Assembly (NCBI GenBank): GCA_902593845.1
Contig: CACJJV010000002.1
Location: 15,028 to 79,027 of the forward strand
Source of the DNA: an uncultured Pelagibacteraceae bacterium
GTDB taxonomy: Bacteria > Pseudomonadota > Alphaproteobacteria > Pelagibacterales > Pelagibacteraceae
Direction: 5' to 3'
Length of the DNA stretch: 64,000 bases
The position numbers and the translations under genes were made by a program. The notes under the pieces were generated by a model that was not told the origin of the DNA, made no database searches, and saw only the letters and a program-made list of their open reading frames with translations. Positions 13,504-25,427 of the stretch are shown here, one piece after another (positions within the stretch are counted from its first letter, which is position 1; each line of letters starts with the position of its first letter).

Positions 13504-14454
13504 ATGACTAAATTAAAAGGTTTATTATTGACCGAGGGTATGCATGGCATGATTAGCCAAGTTGAGGGGCTTGCCAAAGCTCTTAATCTTGAATTTATAC
13601 ACGAAAAAATTGAACTAAATAATTTTTGGAAAATGATTCCTCCAAAATTAACACCCATAAAAGATTTTGTTTTCAAAAATAATATATCAAAAAAATTTAA
13701 TGTAGTAATTTCATGTGGGAGAAAAAGTGTAGTCCCATCAATCTTTTTAAAAAAAAAATTTGGAAGTAAAATTATGAACATTCATATTCAAGATCCGAAA
13801 GTATCATTAAATAATTTTGATTTTGTAATTGCGCCAGAGCACGACGGTCTTGAGGGAAAAAATGTTCTTAAAACCAAAGGAGCAATTCATTATCTTACCG
13901 AAAAAGAGTTAGAGGAAAATGTTAATTATTTAAAACCTAGAATTAAAAAAGAAAAAGTAATTGCGTTTATCGCTGGTGGTCCAAATAAGTATTATGATTT
14001 TAATGATGAAATAATTGAGGAAATTTTTGTTAAAGCCAAAAAAAATTTCATAAATCAAGGTTATCAGCTAATTTTTATACCTTCAATGAGAACACCGCAA
14101 AGAATTATAGATAAAGCTCGAAATTTTTTTGATGATGATCAGATTATAATTCAGGATATTGATAAGAAAGCCTATTTGTCATCACTTAAACTAGCTAATC
14201 ATATTATTGTAACTTGTGACTCTACATCTATGATATCTGAGGCAGCTATGTCGGGGAGACCAATATATGTGGCTCAAATGCCAGCTATTAAAAAAAATAT
14301 TCGTTTCAAAAAATTTTTCGAGCTTTTTAAATCCCTAGAAATAATTAAAAACTTAGGGGACGGAGTAGAAGAATGGAATTATAAAAAACTTAATGAAACT
14401 GATAGAATATCGGGATATATAGAGAAACAATTTAAAGATTATGACTTTTCTTAA
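13504..14454 (+). CDS. ELM1 (mitochondrial fission ELM1)/DUF1022 family protein, GT-B-like
   Basis: G..SQ..GLA, IQDP, FD.VI.PEHD, S.RTP, VT.DS.SMISEA motifs. Confidence 0.85.
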   Translation: MTKLKGLLLTEGMHGMISQVEGLAKALNLEFIHEKIELNNFWKMIPPKLTPIKDFVFKNNISKKFNVVISCGRKSVVPSIFLKKKFGSKIMNIHIQDPKVSLNNFDFVIAPEHDGLEGKNVLKTKGAIHYLTEKELEENVNYLKPRIKKEKVIAFIAGGPNKYYDFNDEIIEEIFVKAKKNFINQGYQLIFIPSMRTPQRIIDKARNFFDDDQIIIQDIDKKAYLSSLKLANHIIVTCDSTSMISEAAMSGRPIYVAQMPAIKKNIRFKKFFELFKSLEIIKNLGDGVEEWNYKKLNETDRISGYIEKQFKDYDFS

Positions 14455-15103
14455 TTCTATATTGAAAAACTCAAAAAAGTATGAATTCCCATTTAATCAC
14501 TGGGAATATAATAATGCTTTAAGTGAAGAAGCTATTAAAGAAATAGAAGGTGCAGACATTCCCGATGTAAGCAAACATAATCTCAATTATGATGGTACAA
14601 GAGCAATTGATGGTGGTGGTGCCGAATTTAGAGAAGGCATAGCTTCAGGCGGTAAGGCAATAAAATTTAGATGTTTTGTTACAAAAGAAAATGCTTCTCA
14701 ATTTCCACATTTAGTAAAATTCATTAATGAACTTCAATCTAAAGAAACATGCGAAACGATCTCCAAAATGATTAATAAAGATTTATCTGGTTCATATGTC
14801 AGACTTGAAGTTATTTGTGATCGTGAAGGTTTTTGGTTAAAGCCTCACTGTGACATTAAAGAAAAATTAATGTCAGGGCTTATTTTTGTAAATAATGCAA
14901 ATGAATCAGAGGAACTAGGCACTGATTTTTATAATGAAAAATTAGAAAAAGTTAAAACAGTTCCCTACAAACATAATTATGGTTATTTATTTACAAGCGG
15001 TCCAAATACATGGCACGGAATGGAAAAGAAAAAAATTGTTAAAGAAAGACGATGTATTCAAGTCAATTATGTTACATTTAAAACTGATTGGAAGGTTGAT
15101 TAA
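14441..15103 (+). CDS. 2OG-Fe(II) oxygenase family protein
   Basis: H-x-D (PHCD), distal His (TWHG), then R..IQ.NY. Confidence 0.8.
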   Translation: MTFLNSILKNSKKYEFPFNHWEYNNALSEEAIKEIEGADIPDVSKHNLNYDGTRAIDGGGAEFREGIASGGKAIKFRCFVTKENASQFPHLVKFINELQSKETCETISKMINKDLSGSYVRLEVICDREGFWLKPHCDIKEKLMSGLIFVNNANESEELGTDFYNEKLEKVKTVPYKHNYGYLFTSGPNTWHGMEKKKIVKERRCIQVNYVTFKTDWKVD

Positions 15104-18100
15104 ATATTTTGTAGAGACGTCACCTCTAATTTTTTTGTTTTAAGTGATTTAATACCCTCAATACATGCAAGTGCTGTTGACATATTTGTGCAGTAGGGCA
15201 CTTTATTTTTAAGTGTTGCTCTTCTTAAAGCAATAGCATCGTTTAATCTATGTTCGGTGTTACCTCCGCCAGTATTAATTACTAAAGCTATTTTTTTGGA
15301 GTTAAGAACATCAACGATATGAGGTGAACCACTACTTACCTTATTAATAATCTTACACCTCATGCCATTTTTTTTAATGTATTCAGCTGTTCCTTTTGTA
15401 GCGCACAAATGGAATTTTAGTTTCAAGAGTTCTTTTGCAAGCCCTAAACCTTCATCTTTATGAGAATCTTTTAATGATAAAAAAGCTAGTCCATTTTTAG
15501 GTAACGAATTAGACGATGCTATCTGGCTTTTTGCGTATGCCATTCCAAAATTTTTGTCAAATCCCATCACCTCTCCAGTTGATTTCATTTCTGGACCTAA
15601 CAATAAATCACTGTTTGGAAATTTATTAAACGGAAAAACAGCCTCTTTCACGGCAAACATTCCTTTAGATTTATCCTTTAAATTAAATTTTGAAAGTTTT
15701 TCACCAGCCATAACTCTCGAGGCTATCTTTGCTAATGGTATTCCTTTAGCTTTTGATACAAATGGAACAGTCCGACTAGCTCTTGGATTTACTTCAATAA
15801 CAAAAATTTCATCTTTCTTTATTGCAAATTGAACATTCATGAAACCTTTTACTTTCAGAGCCAGGGCTAAATTTTTTGTTTGTTTCTCAATTTCTTTTAG
15901 TAAAAAGGGTTTTATGGAAACAGGCGGTAAGCTGCAAGCCGAGTCTCCAGAATGAATTCCTGCTTCCTCTATATGCTGCATGATGCCAGCCACATGTACT
16001 TCTTTACCATCAGATATAGCATCAACATCCACTTCCATTGCATGATCTAAAAATTTATCAATAAGAATTGGATTTTTCTCTGCTGCTTTAAAGGCTTCCT
16101 CTACAAAATTTTTTAATTGGCTTTTTTTGTAAACAATTTCCATTGCCCTTCCTCCAAGAACATAAGAGGGTCTAACCATTAAAGGCAAACCAATTTTTTC
16201 AGATATTTCAATTGCTTGTTTAAAATTTTTTGCAATTCCACTTTCAGCTTGATTTAAATTTAATTTTTCTAAAAGTTTTCTAAATCTATCTCTATCTTCT
16301 GCTAGATCTATAGATGAGTATTGAGTTCCCAAAATTGGGAGATTATTATCATGTAAAAATTTTGCTAATTTAATTGGAGTTTGACCACCAAATTGCGTAA
16401 TAATGCCGACTAAATTACCTTTGTCCTTTTCTCTCTTTATAATGTTGAAAACATATTCTTCCTTTAAAGGCTCAAAGTATAATCTATCGCTAGTGTCATA
16501 ATCTGTTGAGACAGTCTCAGGATTACAATTAACCATAACAGTTTCAAAACCAGCAGCCTTTAAGGCAAAACTGGCTTGACAACAGCAATAATCAAATTCT
16601 ATTCCTTGTCCTATTCTATTGGGCCCTCCCCCTAATATTATAATTTTTTTCTTAACACTCGGGTCAGCTTCACATTCTGAATTTATTGAAAAATTTCTTT
16701 GATATGTTGAGTACATGTATGGTGTAAAGGATTTGAATTCTGCAGCACAAGTATCAACTTTTTTAAATACTGGTAAAAGTTTAAGTGCAGTTCTTTTTTT
16801 TCTCACAATGTCTTCAGATAAATTTGATAGCTCAGAAAGCTTTTTATCTGAAAAACCTATTGATTTTATTTTGTTAAAATCATCAAAATTTTTAGGCAAT
16901 CCATTAATTTTGATTTTAATTTCATTATCTATTATTTCTTTAATTTGGTTTAAGAACCACGGATCGATTTTTGATAAATTGTAAATTCTTTTAAGCTTGA
17001 TTTTTTTCCTCATCGCTTCTGCAACAAGTAAGATTTTATTTGGAATATTTTCTTTTAGTTTTTTTTCAATTTGTCTTTTATTTAGATTAAATATTCTATC
17101 TAAACCTGAAAAACCAGTCTCAAGAGAAACCAATGCTTTTTGAAGAGACTCTTTAAAATTTCTTCCGATTGCCATTGCTTCCCCTACTGATTTCATTGAT
17201 GTGCCTAAAATTGCGGGAGAAGTTGAAAACTTTTCAAAAGTAAATCTTGGAATTTTGGTTACTACATAATCTATACTTGGTTCGAATGATGCTGGAGTAA
17301 CTTTGGTAATTTCATTTTTTAATTCATCCAATGTATAGCCAACCGCAAGTTTTGCAGCAACCTTTGCAATGGGAAATCCAGTTGCTTTTGATGCTAGTGC
17401 CGACGATCTAGATACTCTAGGGTTCATCTCAATTATTACCATGCGCCCATTTTTAGGATTTATTGCAAATTGAACATTTGAACCACCTGTCTCAACTCCT
17501 ATTTTTCTCAAACACGCAATAGAGGCATTTCGCATTACCTGATATTCTTTGTCAGTCAATGTCAATGCAGGAGCAACTGTAACCGAGTCTCCTGTATGTA
17601 TTCCCATTGGATCTACATTTTCTATTGAACAAATAATTATACAATTATCTTTTTTATCTCTTACAACCTCCATTTCAAATTCTTTCCAACCTTCTAAGCA
17701 CTCCTCTACAAGTACTTGGCTAACTGGAGATTCGTGTAAACCATTTTTGATAATTTTTAGGTAATCCTTTTTGTTTTTTGCTATTCCTCCTCCTAAACCT
17801 CCAAGCGTAAAAGCTGGCCTAATTATTGCTGGCAGACCGATTTTATTCAAAACTTTTGATGCTTGATTTATATTGTTTACTATCTCAGATTTTGGAAGAT
17901 CTAAACCAATATCAATCATGTTTTTTCTAAATTTTTTTCTATCTTCCGCATTGGAAATAGCTTTTGAATTTGCACCAATTAATTCAATTTTATATTTTTT
18001 TAAAATTCCTTTTTTTTCTGCCTCCATTGCAAGGTTAAGAGCAGTTTGGCCACCCATGGTTGGAAGAATTGCATCTAGTTTTTCTTTTTTGAGAATTTTT

Positions 18101-18324
18101 TCTAAAACCTCTAAAGTAATAGGCTCAATGTAAGTTTTGTCTGCAACATCTGGATCTGTCATAATTGTTGCTGGATTTGAATTAATTAAAATAACTTTAT
18201 AACCCTCATCTTTTAATGCCTTACAAGCTTGTGTTCCTGAATAATCAAATTCACAAGCTTGACCAATGATAATTGGTCCAGCACCCACAACTAAAATTTT
18301 TTTAAGATCTTTTCTTTTTGGCAT
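15100..18324 (-). CDS. carB: Carbamoyl-phosphate synthase large subunit
   Basis: [15 protein letters not shown], duplicated ATP-grasp domains, MGS domain. Confidence 0.99.
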   Translation of the reverse strand: MPKRKDLKKILVVGAGPIIIGQACEFDYSGTQACKALKDEGYKVILINSNPATIMTDPDVADKTYIEPITLEVLEKILKKEKLDAILPTMGGQTALNLAMEAEKKGILKKYKIELIGANSKAISNAEDRKKFRKNMIDIGLDLPKSEIVNNINQASKVLNKIGLPAIIRPAFTLGGLGGGIAKNKKDYLKIIKNGLHESPVSQVLVEECLEGWKEFEMEVVRDKKDNCIIICSIENVDPMGIHTGDSVTVAPALTLTDKEYQVMRNASIACLRKIGVETGGSNVQFAINPKNGRMVIIEMNPRVSRSSALASKATGFPIAKVAAKLAVGYTLDELKNEITKVTPASFEPSIDYVVTKIPRFTFEKFSTSPAILGTSMKSVGEAMAIGRNFKESLQKALVSLETGFSGLDRIFNLNKRQIEKKLKENIPNKILLVAEAMRKKIKLKRIYNLSKIDPWFLNQIKEIIDNEIKIKINGLPKNFDDFNKIKSIGFSDKKLSELSNLSEDIVRKKRTALKLLPVFKKVDTCAAEFKSFTPYMYSTYQRNFSINSECEADPSVKKKIIILGGGPNRIGQGIEFDYCCCQASFALKAAGFETVMVNCNPETVSTDYDTSDRLYFEPLKEEYVFNIIKREKDKGNLVGIITQFGGQTPIKLAKFLHDNNLPILGTQYSSIDLAEDRDRFRKLLEKLNLNQAESGIAKNFKQAIEISEKIGLPLMVRPSYVLGGRAMEIVYKKSQLKNFVEEAFKAAEKNPILIDKFLDHAMEVDVDAISDGKEVHVAGIMQHIEEAGIHSGDSACSLPPVSIKPFLLKEIEKQTKNLALALKVKGFMNVQFAIKKDEIFVIEVNPRASRTVPFVSKAKGIPLAKIASRVMAGEKLSKFNLKDKSKGMFAVKEAVFPFNKFPNSDLLLGPEMKSTGEVMGFDKNFGMAYAKSQIASSNSLPKNGLAFLSLKDSHKDEGLGLAKELLKLKFHLCATKGTAEYIKKNGMRCKIINKVSSGSPHIVDVLNSKKIALVINTGGGNTEHRLNDAIALRRATLKNKVPYCTNMSTALACIEGIKSLKTKKLEVTSLQNI

Positions 18325-19495
18325 TTTTTTTCATGTTAGTAATAAATTCTTGGAATAAATAAACACTATCTTGTGGTCCCGGGTTTGACTCTGGGTGATA
18401 TTGAACTGAGAATACAGGATTATTCTTTAATTTTATTCCTTCGATACTATTATCGAACAAAGATTTATGAGTGATCTGAATGTTTTTTGGTAAATTTTCT
18501 CTCACAACTTCAAAACCATGATTTTGGCTAGTAATTTCCACATTTTCACTAATCAAATTTTTGACAGGATGATTTGCTCCTCTGTGACCCAATTTCATTT
18601 TTTTTGTTTTACCACCCAATGCAAGTGCGAGTATCTGATGACCAAGGCAGATACCAAATAATGGCATTTTCTTTTTAATAAGATTTTGAATTATTTGAAT
18701 TGCATATTTTCCTGTGGCAGCTGGATCTCCAGGACCATTAGACAAGAAGACACCATCAGGTTTAAGAGATAAAATTTTTTTCGCAGGTGTTTTACAAGAA
18801 ACTACGGTAACTTTACATCTAAAATCAGAAAAATATCTTAAAATATTTTTTTTTATTCCATAATCTATGGCGACTACATGTAATGAATTTTGATTATTTT
18901 TTCTAAAACCATATTCTTTTCTCCAAGTTTTAAGTCCTTTCCAAATATAATTTTTTTGTGTGGTAACTTTTTCTGCTAAATCTAAATTTTTTAGCCCGCT
19001 CCATTTGATCGTAGAATTAATAAGTTTGTTGACATGAAATTTACTTTTCTTTGAGTAAGCAATGGTTCCTTTTGGAGCGCCTTTATCTCTAATAAAATTC
19101 GTTAAACTTCTTGTATCAAGTCCAGTAATTCCAACTATCTTATTTTTTTTTAACCAAGCATCTAAATGTTGAAAAGATCTATAATTCGATGGTGATGTTA
19201 TCTCAGAATTAAAAATAACTCCTTTAGTCCATATTTTATCAGACTCAAAATCTTCTTTGTTTGTACCTACATTTCCAATGTGAGGGAAGGTAAAGTTTAT
19301 TATTTGTCCTGCATAAGAAGGATCTGATATTATTTCTTGGTACCCCGTTAATGAGGTATTAAAGCAAACTTCACCAGTTGCTTCTCCCTGATATCCAATC
19401 CCAATACCTCTAAAAATCTTTTTGTTTTCTAAAACTAAAATACCTGTGTTTTTTTGAGAATTTTTTGAGTGAGCTTTTTTTACTTTTTTGATCAA
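18302..19495 (-). CDS. carA: Carbamoyl-phosphate synthase small subunit
   Basis: [26 protein letters not shown]. Confidence 0.98.
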   Translation of the reverse strand: MIKKVKKAHSKNSQKNTGILVLENKKIFRGIGIGYQGEATGEVCFNTSLTGYQEIISDPSYAGQIINFTFPHIGNVGTNKEDFESDKIWTKGVIFNSEITSPSNYRSFQHLDAWLKKNKIVGITGLDTRSLTNFIRDKGAPKGTIAYSKKSKFHVNKLINSTIKWSGLKNLDLAEKVTTQKNYIWKGLKTWRKEYGFRKNNQNSLHVVAIDYGIKKNILRYFSDFRCKVTVVSCKTPAKKILSLKPDGVFLSNGPGDPAATGKYAIQIIQNLIKKKMPLFGICLGHQILALALGGKTKKMKLGHRGANHPVKNLISENVEITSQNHGFEVVRENLPKNIQITHKSLFDNSIEGIKLKNNPVFSVQYHPESNPGPQDSVYLFQEFITNMKKNAKKKRS

Positions 19496-19619
19496 TTACA
19501 ACTCATAAGTTAAAGGTTAATACAATAATTGATTTATTATCGCAACAGAGATGTATTATAAAATTGTAAAAAAACAATTTTTCTTTTGAAGAATTTTTTC
19601 TTTAAAGTAGATTAAAATT

Positions 19620-20081
19620 ATGTCTTTAAAAGAAACAATTGAAGCAAAATATAAAAATGCGTTAAAATCTAAAGATAAAATTAAAATCTCAACTTATAGG
19701 TTAATTTTATCGTCAATTAAGGATCTCGATATTTCAAACAGGTCTGGTCCCAACAAAAAAGAGACAGACGATGAGGATATAAAAAAATTGTTAAAAAAGA
19801 TGATGAAGCAAAGAACCGAATCAATTGATATTTATAAAAAAAATAATCGCTCTGACCTTCTTGAAATTGAGCAAAACGAATTTAATATTCTGTCAAGTTT
19901 TCTACCTAAACAGCTTAATGATGAAGATACCAAAAAAATATGTGAAGAAATCATTTCCAAATTAAGCGCAAGCTCTATTAAAGACATGGGAAAAGTAATG
20001 GGTGAATTAAAAAAAAATCATGCTGATGAAATTGATTTTTCAAAAGCTGGCGCCTTGTTAAAACAAATATTAAATAAATAA
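19620..20081 (+). CDS. GatB/YqeY domain protein
   Basis: K.A.K.KD...R, KQR.ES...Y, LP.QL, DMGKVMG; upstream of dnaG. Confidence 0.92.
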   Translation: MSLKETIEAKYKNALKSKDKIKISTYRLILSSIKDLDISNRSGPNKKETDDEDIKKLLKKMMKQRTESIDIYKKNNRSDLLEIEQNEFNILSSFLPKQLNDEDTKKICEEIISKLSASSIKDMGKVMGELKKNHADEIDFSKAGALLKQILNK

Positions 20082-21856
20082 TGAAATATCCAAAAGAATA
20101 TCTAGATGAAATTAAAACTCGTCTTAAAGTTTCTAGCGTTGTTTCAAAAGTTGTAGCTTTAAAAAAAAGAGGAAAGGAGTTTGTTGGACTATCACCTTTT
20201 AAAAATGAGAAAACCCCTTCCTTTACAGTTAATGATGAAAAAGAATTTTATCATTGCTTCGCAACTTCAGAGCATGGAAATATTTTTGATTTTGTTATGA
20301 AAACTCAAAACTTAAGGTTTGGAGAAGCAGTAAAATATCTTGCTAATATTGCAGGAATGCAACCATATCTATTTACAAAACAAGATGAAGAGAGAGAAAA
20401 AAATTGGAAAGAATATTTATCAATTTATAGCAAATATGTTGATTATTATCATGATCAGCTATTAAAAAATGAAAAACTCTCAAACGCCAGAGATTATTTA
20501 AAGAATAGATCATTAGGTAAAAATGAAGTTAAAAAATTTAAAATTGGTTTTGTTGAAAAAAATCCAAGTTTTTTTGATGAACTTAAAAAAGAATTTGGTG
20601 AAAAAACTTTATTAGAAAGTGGTTTATTTTATTTTGATGAAAAGAAAAAAAAATGTGTAGAGAGATTCAAAGGAAGATTGATATTTCCGATAAACAATAT
20701 TTCAGGACAGCCAATCGCTTTGGGTGGCAGAATAATCGAAAATTTAGATTATTTAGCAAAATATATTAATTCACCAGAGACTAACTTTTTTAAAAAGGGT
20801 TCAAATCTTTATAATTTAGATCTAGCGAGAAAATTATCTAATAAGTTAGATCATATTTTTTTAGTTGAAGGTTATATGGATGTAGTTGGTTTAAGTAAAA
20901 ATGGAGTTGAAAATGTTGTCGCAAATCTTGGTACTTCCTTAACTGACAAACAAATTTTAACATTAAATCAGTTCTTCGATGACATTATAATCTGTTTCGA
21001 TGGAGATGAAAGTGGCTATAAAGCTGCTTTAAGAGCAGCAGAAAATTCTATTAAAGAATTGAAACCTGAAAAACAAATATCTTTTTTATTTTTACCAGAT
21101 AAAGAGGACCCTGATAGTTTTGTAAATAAAAATGGTAAAAACTATTTTTTAGATTTTACGAAACAGAACAAATTATCAATTCACCAATTTATTTTCAGCC
21201 ATTATAAAAAACAAACTGAAAATAATCCCTCTTCTATGGCAATATTTGAAAAAAAACTTAGATCCATAGCAATTAGAATTAAAGATAATTTTATTAAAAA
21301 ATATGTTCTTGAATTTTTTTTAGAGAAAATTGCAGAATTAACACCTCATTCCAATCAAAATAAGAATAAGTTTTCTGTTAAGAAAACAAGATCACTTGAA
21401 TCAACAAAAAAATTTTATAATGAAAGTAAGGGAATTACTGCTGTTGAGTTGAAAGAGTTTTCTTTATTATATTTGCTCTTGAATAATTTATCTCTTTTTC
21501 AATCAAATATTCATTTAGTAGAAAATATTAAATTATTCACAGTAATTAATAAGCAAATATTCAATTCGGTAATTAAAAAATTAAAATCAAATGAAACTAT
21601 TGATATTGAAAAACTTAATTTTGATAAACAATTGCTGGATAAGATAAATAAGTTTGCGCCAATTAAACATATTCTAAAAAATAAAACTAAAAATGACAAT
21701 CAAGTGATAGAACTACTGGATGATATTTCAAAAGATTTATTTAACCATGATTTGGAATTAAGAATCCAAGAATTAGAATCGAAGTTTTCAGAAGATTTAA
21801 GTGAAACGACATTTAATGAGCTAAAAGAGCTCAAAAACGAGAGAAAAACCAATTAA
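20081..21856 (+). CDS. dnaG: DNA primase
   Basis: N-terminal zinc-binding-type domain (SPF..EKTPSF, YHCF), KYINSPET, TOPRIM EGYMD and DGD. Confidence 0.97.
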   Translation: MKYPKEYLDEIKTRLKVSSVVSKVVALKKRGKEFVGLSPFKNEKTPSFTVNDEKEFYHCFATSEHGNIFDFVMKTQNLRFGEAVKYLANIAGMQPYLFTKQDEEREKNWKEYLSIYSKYVDYYHDQLLKNEKLSNARDYLKNRSLGKNEVKKFKIGFVEKNPSFFDELKKEFGEKTLLESGLFYFDEKKKKCVERFKGRLIFPINNISGQPIALGGRIIENLDYLAKYINSPETNFFKKGSNLYNLDLARKLSNKLDHIFLVEGYMDVVGLSKNGVENVVANLGTSLTDKQILTLNQFFDDIIICFDGDESGYKAALRAAENSIKELKPEKQISFLFLPDKEDPDSFVNKNGKNYFLDFTKQNKLSIHQFIFSHYKKQTENNPSSMAIFEKKLRSIAIRIKDNFIKKYVLEFFLEKIAELTPHSNQNKNKFSVKKTRSLESTKKFYNESKGITAVELKEFSLLYLLLNNLSLFQSNIHLVENIKLFTVINKQIFNSVIKKLKSNETIDIEKLNFDKQLLDKINKFAPIKHILKNKTKNDNQVIELLDDISKDLFNHDLELRIQELESKFSEDLSETTFNELKELKNERKTN

Positions 21857-21923
21857 TCTGAATAAATTAGCAATGGATTTTTGCTAATTTGATATTATAT
21901 AAGTCTTTCAAAATCAATTTGCT

Positions 21924-23750
21924 GTGGAAAGAATTATTACAAAATCATTCGCTAGATTAATGGGTCGAGGAACCCACAGAGGTTTCATTACTCACGAAGA
22001 ATTAAGCAAATCTCTTGGTAAAAGAAATCTATCTGATGAAAATTTATCAAAAGCTTTTATTCATATTCTAGATGAAGGGATAGTGTTAGTTGAAAAAAAA
22101 TCAGATTTTAAAGTTTTAAGAAAAAAAGAAAATTCTTCTAAAGAAGAGGGTAAAACAATCGAAAAGAGTGATGACCCTATTAGAATGTATTTAAGAGAAA
22201 TGGGTGGCGTTGAATTACTTTCCAGAGAGGGAGAGATTGCGATCGCAAAAAGAATTGAGGCAGGAAAAGATGTAATGTTAATTGCTTTATCCCAAAGTCC
22301 TATTACCGCACAACAATTATTTGAATGGGACGAAAAGTTACAAAAGGATGAAATATTAGTTAGAGAAATTATTGATATTGATACTAACTACATGGAAGAT
22401 GAGAATACAGGTCCTAGTGCTAAACAGAAGAATGCTGGAGAAGATGAAAAGGAGGAAAATTCCAATGATGATAGTGATGATGATTTTAACCCAACGCTTG
22501 CAGCAATGGAGTCTGAAATCAAACCAAAAGTTTTACAAACAGTTCATACACTCACAAAAGAGTATCGAAAGCTGATAAAGTATCAAAAAGAAAAATTAGA
22601 ATGTGCCCTTAATTCACAAACTTTTTCTTCAACAAAAGAAAAAGGATATGCAAAAATTGTCAATGACATTTTAGAAAATATCAAATCTTTGCAATTATCA
22701 CCATCTGTATTAGAGGAACTTGTACAAAAACATTATGTTGAAAACAAAAAAATTATTTCATTAGAGGGAAACCTTTTAAGACTTGCGATGGATCAGAAAA
22801 TACCTAGAAATGAATTTATTAAGTTTTACATTGGAAATGAAATCAATCCAAATCTTAAAAAATTTTTAGATACCAATACTTTGTGGAAACAATTTTTTAG
22901 TAAGAATAAAGAAGAATTTAAAAATATTAGAGAAAGATTAATTGAAATTAGCCATAAACTTGGAATGTCAGTTACTGATTTTAAAAAATTAGTAAGTAGA
23001 GTTCAAAAAGGTGAAAAAGAATCTAGAATTGCTAAAAAAGAGATGGTCGAGGCAAACTTAAGATTAGTTATTTCAATTGCCAAAAAATACACAAACAGGG
23101 GTCTTCAATTTTTAGACTTAATTCAAGAGGGAAATATTGGGTTGATGAAAGCAGTTGATAAATTTGAATATAGAAGGGGTTATAAATTTTCTACTTATGC
23201 AACATGGTGGATAAGACAAGCGATCACTAGATCAATTGCAGATCAAGCAAGAACAATAAGAATTCCAGTTCACATGATCGAAACAATCAATAAAATTGTT
23301 AGAACACAGAGATTAATTTTGAGTGAGTTTGGTAGAGAAGCTACACCTGAAGAATTAGCAAAAAAACTTCGCATGCCTCTAGACAAAGTTAGAAAAGTTC
23401 TTAAAATATCAAAAGAACCTGTCTCACTAGAAAAACCAGTGGGAGATGAAGAGGATAGTAGTCTAGGTGATTTTATAGAAGATACAAAAGCACTAGCTCC
23501 ATTAGAACAGGCAATTAAATCAAACTTAGGTGAAGCTACAACAAAGATATTATCAACTCTTACTCCAAGAGAAGAAAGAGTTTTGAGAATGAGATTTGGA
23601 GTCGGAATGAATACTGATCATACTTTAGAAGAAGTGGGATTACAATTCTCAGTAACAAGAGAAAGAATTCGACAAATTGAAGCGAAAGCTTTAAGGAAAC
23701 TAAAGCATCCGAGTAGATCGAAACAACTAAAAAGTTTCTTGGAGAGTTAA
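21924..23750 (+). CDS. rpoD: RNA polymerase primary sigma factor
   Basis: [55 protein letters not shown]; GTG start. Confidence 0.99.
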   Translation: MERIITKSFARLMGRGTHRGFITHEELSKSLGKRNLSDENLSKAFIHILDEGIVLVEKKSDFKVLRKKENSSKEEGKTIEKSDDPIRMYLREMGGVELLSREGEIAIAKRIEAGKDVMLIALSQSPITAQQLFEWDEKLQKDEILVREIIDIDTNYMEDENTGPSAKQKNAGEDEKEENSNDDSDDDFNPTLAAMESEIKPKVLQTVHTLTKEYRKLIKYQKEKLECALNSQTFSSTKEKGYAKIVNDILENIKSLQLSPSVLEELVQKHYVENKKIISLEGNLLRLAMDQKIPRNEFIKFYIGNEINPNLKKFLDTNTLWKQFFSKNKEEFKNIRERLIEISHKLGMSVTDFKKLVSRVQKGEKESRIAKKEMVEANLRLVISIAKKYTNRGLQFLDLIQEGNIGLMKAVDKFEYRRGYKFSTYATWWIRQAITRSIADQARTIRIPVHMIETINKIVRTQRLILSEFGREATPEELAKKLRMPLDKVRKVLKISKEPVSLEKPVGDEEDSSLGDFIEDTKALAPLEQAIKSNLGEATTKILSTLTPREERVLRMRFGVGMNTDHTLEEVGLQFSVTRERIRQIEAKALRKLKHPSRSKQLKSFLES

Positions 23751-23753
23751 TTT

Positions 23754-23828
23754 GGGCCGTTAGCTCAATAGTAGAGTACTGCATTGACATTGCAGGGGTA
23801 GTTGGAGCGTAACCAACACGGCCCACCA
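23754..23828 (+). tRNA. tRNA-Val(GAC) with non-canonical D/T loops
   Basis: Acceptor stem GGGCCGT/ACGGCCC plus ACCA; anticodon arm CTGCA-TTGACAT-TGCAG; T arm GTTGG-AGCGTAA-CCAAC. Confidence 0.9.
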
Positions 23829-23882
23829 TAAAATTCTTTGTTTAATAAATTTTTCAAATTGATATAAATTAATTTAAATTAA

Positions 23883-23959
23883 GGGCCTGTAGCTCAGTTG
23901 GTTAGAGCAGTACACTCATAATGTATTGGTCCCAGGTTCGAGTCCTGGCGGGCCCACCA
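23883..23959 (+). tRNA. tRNA with CAT anticodon, probably tRNA-Ile2 (lysidine-modified)
   Basis: Canonical cloverleaf, GTACA-CTCATAA-TGTAT, TTCGAGT T loop, CCA. G1-C72 pair excludes the initiator; the GGGCCTG acceptor stem is Ile-like. Confidence 0.85.
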
Positions 23960-23970
23960 TTTCATCAATA

Positions 23971-24561
23971 TTAATTTTTTGAAAATTCTTCTAAGACTTT
24001 AAATAAAGCTTCAATATCATCATTATTTGAATTTAAAACAGAGGCAAATTCCTCTTTTTGAGTTCTTGCTAAACTTAGGCCCTCTATTATTAAATCTCTA
24101 ATTAACGGGTTTTCGGGTTTTTTAGTATAGATTCTCCAATCAATTTTTATCTCAGGTCTTTCATTAGTAGCTTTTAAAATACTATTTACGATAGTGTAAT
24201 TTTCGTTAAGCTTCTCTTTACTTTGGACATCAATTTCTGGATTAGTGTATTCTGCTAGTCTACTAGAAAAACTTTTTAAAAAATATTCCTCAAATAATTT
24301 AGCATACCTTTTTTTTTCCTGTTCGTTTAAAGATTTTCTTTTCTTTCCAAGTGTATAAAATCCAATTCCTCTGATATCCACAGTTTCTTTTGCAATTAAC
24401 TTTAGTTTTTCGATCTTTTCATCTTTTGTGATATCTTCTCCGAGTAATTTAGATGCTCTATTGACAGTCGATTGTACAAAAATGTCAGGCTCTATAGAAA
24501 ATGAATTAAATGTTATTGAAAAAAAAACAATTGAAAATACAAACAATTTTTTTTTTATCAT
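23971..24561 (-). CDS. mlaC: MlaC/Ttg2D phospholipid-binding periplasmic protein
   Basis: Signal peptide; I.D.I.EG.SL..TQ..EF motif; adjacent to mlaA. Confidence 0.85.
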   Translation of the reverse strand: MIKKKLFVFSIVFFSITFNSFSIEPDIFVQSTVNRASKLLGEDITKDEKIEKLKLIAKETVDIRGIGFYTLGKKRKSLNEQEKKRYAKLFEEYFLKSFSSRLAEYTNPEIDVQSKEKLNENYTIVNSILKATNERPEIKIDWRIYTKKPENPLIRDLIIEGLSLARTQKEEFASVLNSNNDDIEALFKVLEEFSKN

Positions 24562-24573
24562 TTGGTAATGAAA

Positions 24574-25362
24574 TTATTGTGTTTCTATTTCTTCCCAATC
24601 ACTATCATCTTGAGTTTCAATGACTTTTTGACTGTTCAAGATTTTTTGTTGTCTATCTTGTAAATAAAGACTTTTTACAGATGCGTAAAAATCAAGTGAG
24701 TTTTTTTCTAGATTTTCAAGAGAGTCAAAGTTTTTAGCCCTAAAATCAACCCCGCTCGTAACCTTGGATGAATAATAATCTTCATCCCTGAAGTAGTGAG
24801 TGTCATTTTTTACAGTTACATTATACCAAGCATCACCTCCAAAAAAGTTAGCTAGTGAAGCAATAGTGTCTCTGGCAGTAGTAGGACCTAATACTGGTAG
24901 CACCAAATAGCATCCTGGCCCAACACCATGTACAGCAAGGCTTTGTCCATAATCCTCTTTAGTGTACTCTTCAAATCCTAAATATGATGCAACATCAAAC
25001 AAACCTAGAATTCCCACTGTTGTATTGATTACAAATCTTCCAGCATTTACCCCTGCTAAAGCAAACTCTCCTTGAAGAAGATTATTCGGAACTGTAACTA
25101 AATTCGATAAATTGTTTAATGAATTGCTCACACCAGTCTTAACAGGAGAGGGCATTAATCTGTAAACGCTTGCGACAGGTTTAAAAATAACTTTGTCCAA
25201 GCCTTGATTTATTGCAAATGAAGCTTTGTTAAAAGTTTCAGAACAATCTTTTATTTCAGATGGTTCATTTTTTTTTAAAAGTAATTCGCCATCTGAACTA
25301 GCATGTAAATTTGAAACTAGCGTAAAAGTTGTAATTATTATAACTATAATTTTCTTAATCAT
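24574..25362 (-). CDS. mlaA: VacJ/MlaA family protein
   Basis: N.LQG, RF.INTT.G..GLFDVA, EDYGQ.L, GPG.Y.VLP.LGP.T.RD. Confidence 0.92.
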   Translation of the reverse strand: MIKKIIVIIITTFTLVSNLHASSDGELLLKKNEPSEIKDCSETFNKASFAINQGLDKVIFKPVASVYRLMPSPVKTGVSNSLNNLSNLVTVPNNLLQGEFALAGVNAGRFVINTTVGILGLFDVASYLGFEEYTKEDYGQSLAVHGVGPGCYLVLPVLGPTTARDTIASLANFFGGDAWYNVTVKNDTHYFRDEDYYSSKVTSGVDFRAKNFDSLENLEKNSLDFYASVKSLYLQDRQQKILNSQKVIETQDDSDWEEIETQ

Positions 25363-25427
25363 TGTTGATCTTGTATATTACAATGAGAAACAAAATAAAA
25401 TAAGAATTAATCAGAATTATAGCTTAA

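Noticed and set aside
13479-13781. 100-aa minus-strand ORF upstream of trxB
   Set aside because: Antisense to the ELM1-family gene; no recognisable motif.
23560-23829. 89-aa minus-strand ORF
   Set aside because: Antisense to the rpoD 3' end and tRNA-Val; no protein motif.
23883-23959. CAT-anticodon tRNA as initiator or elongator Met
   Set aside because: No C1-A72 mismatch and no GGG/CCC anticodon stem, and the acceptor stem is Ile-like, so Ile2 is preferred, though not certain.
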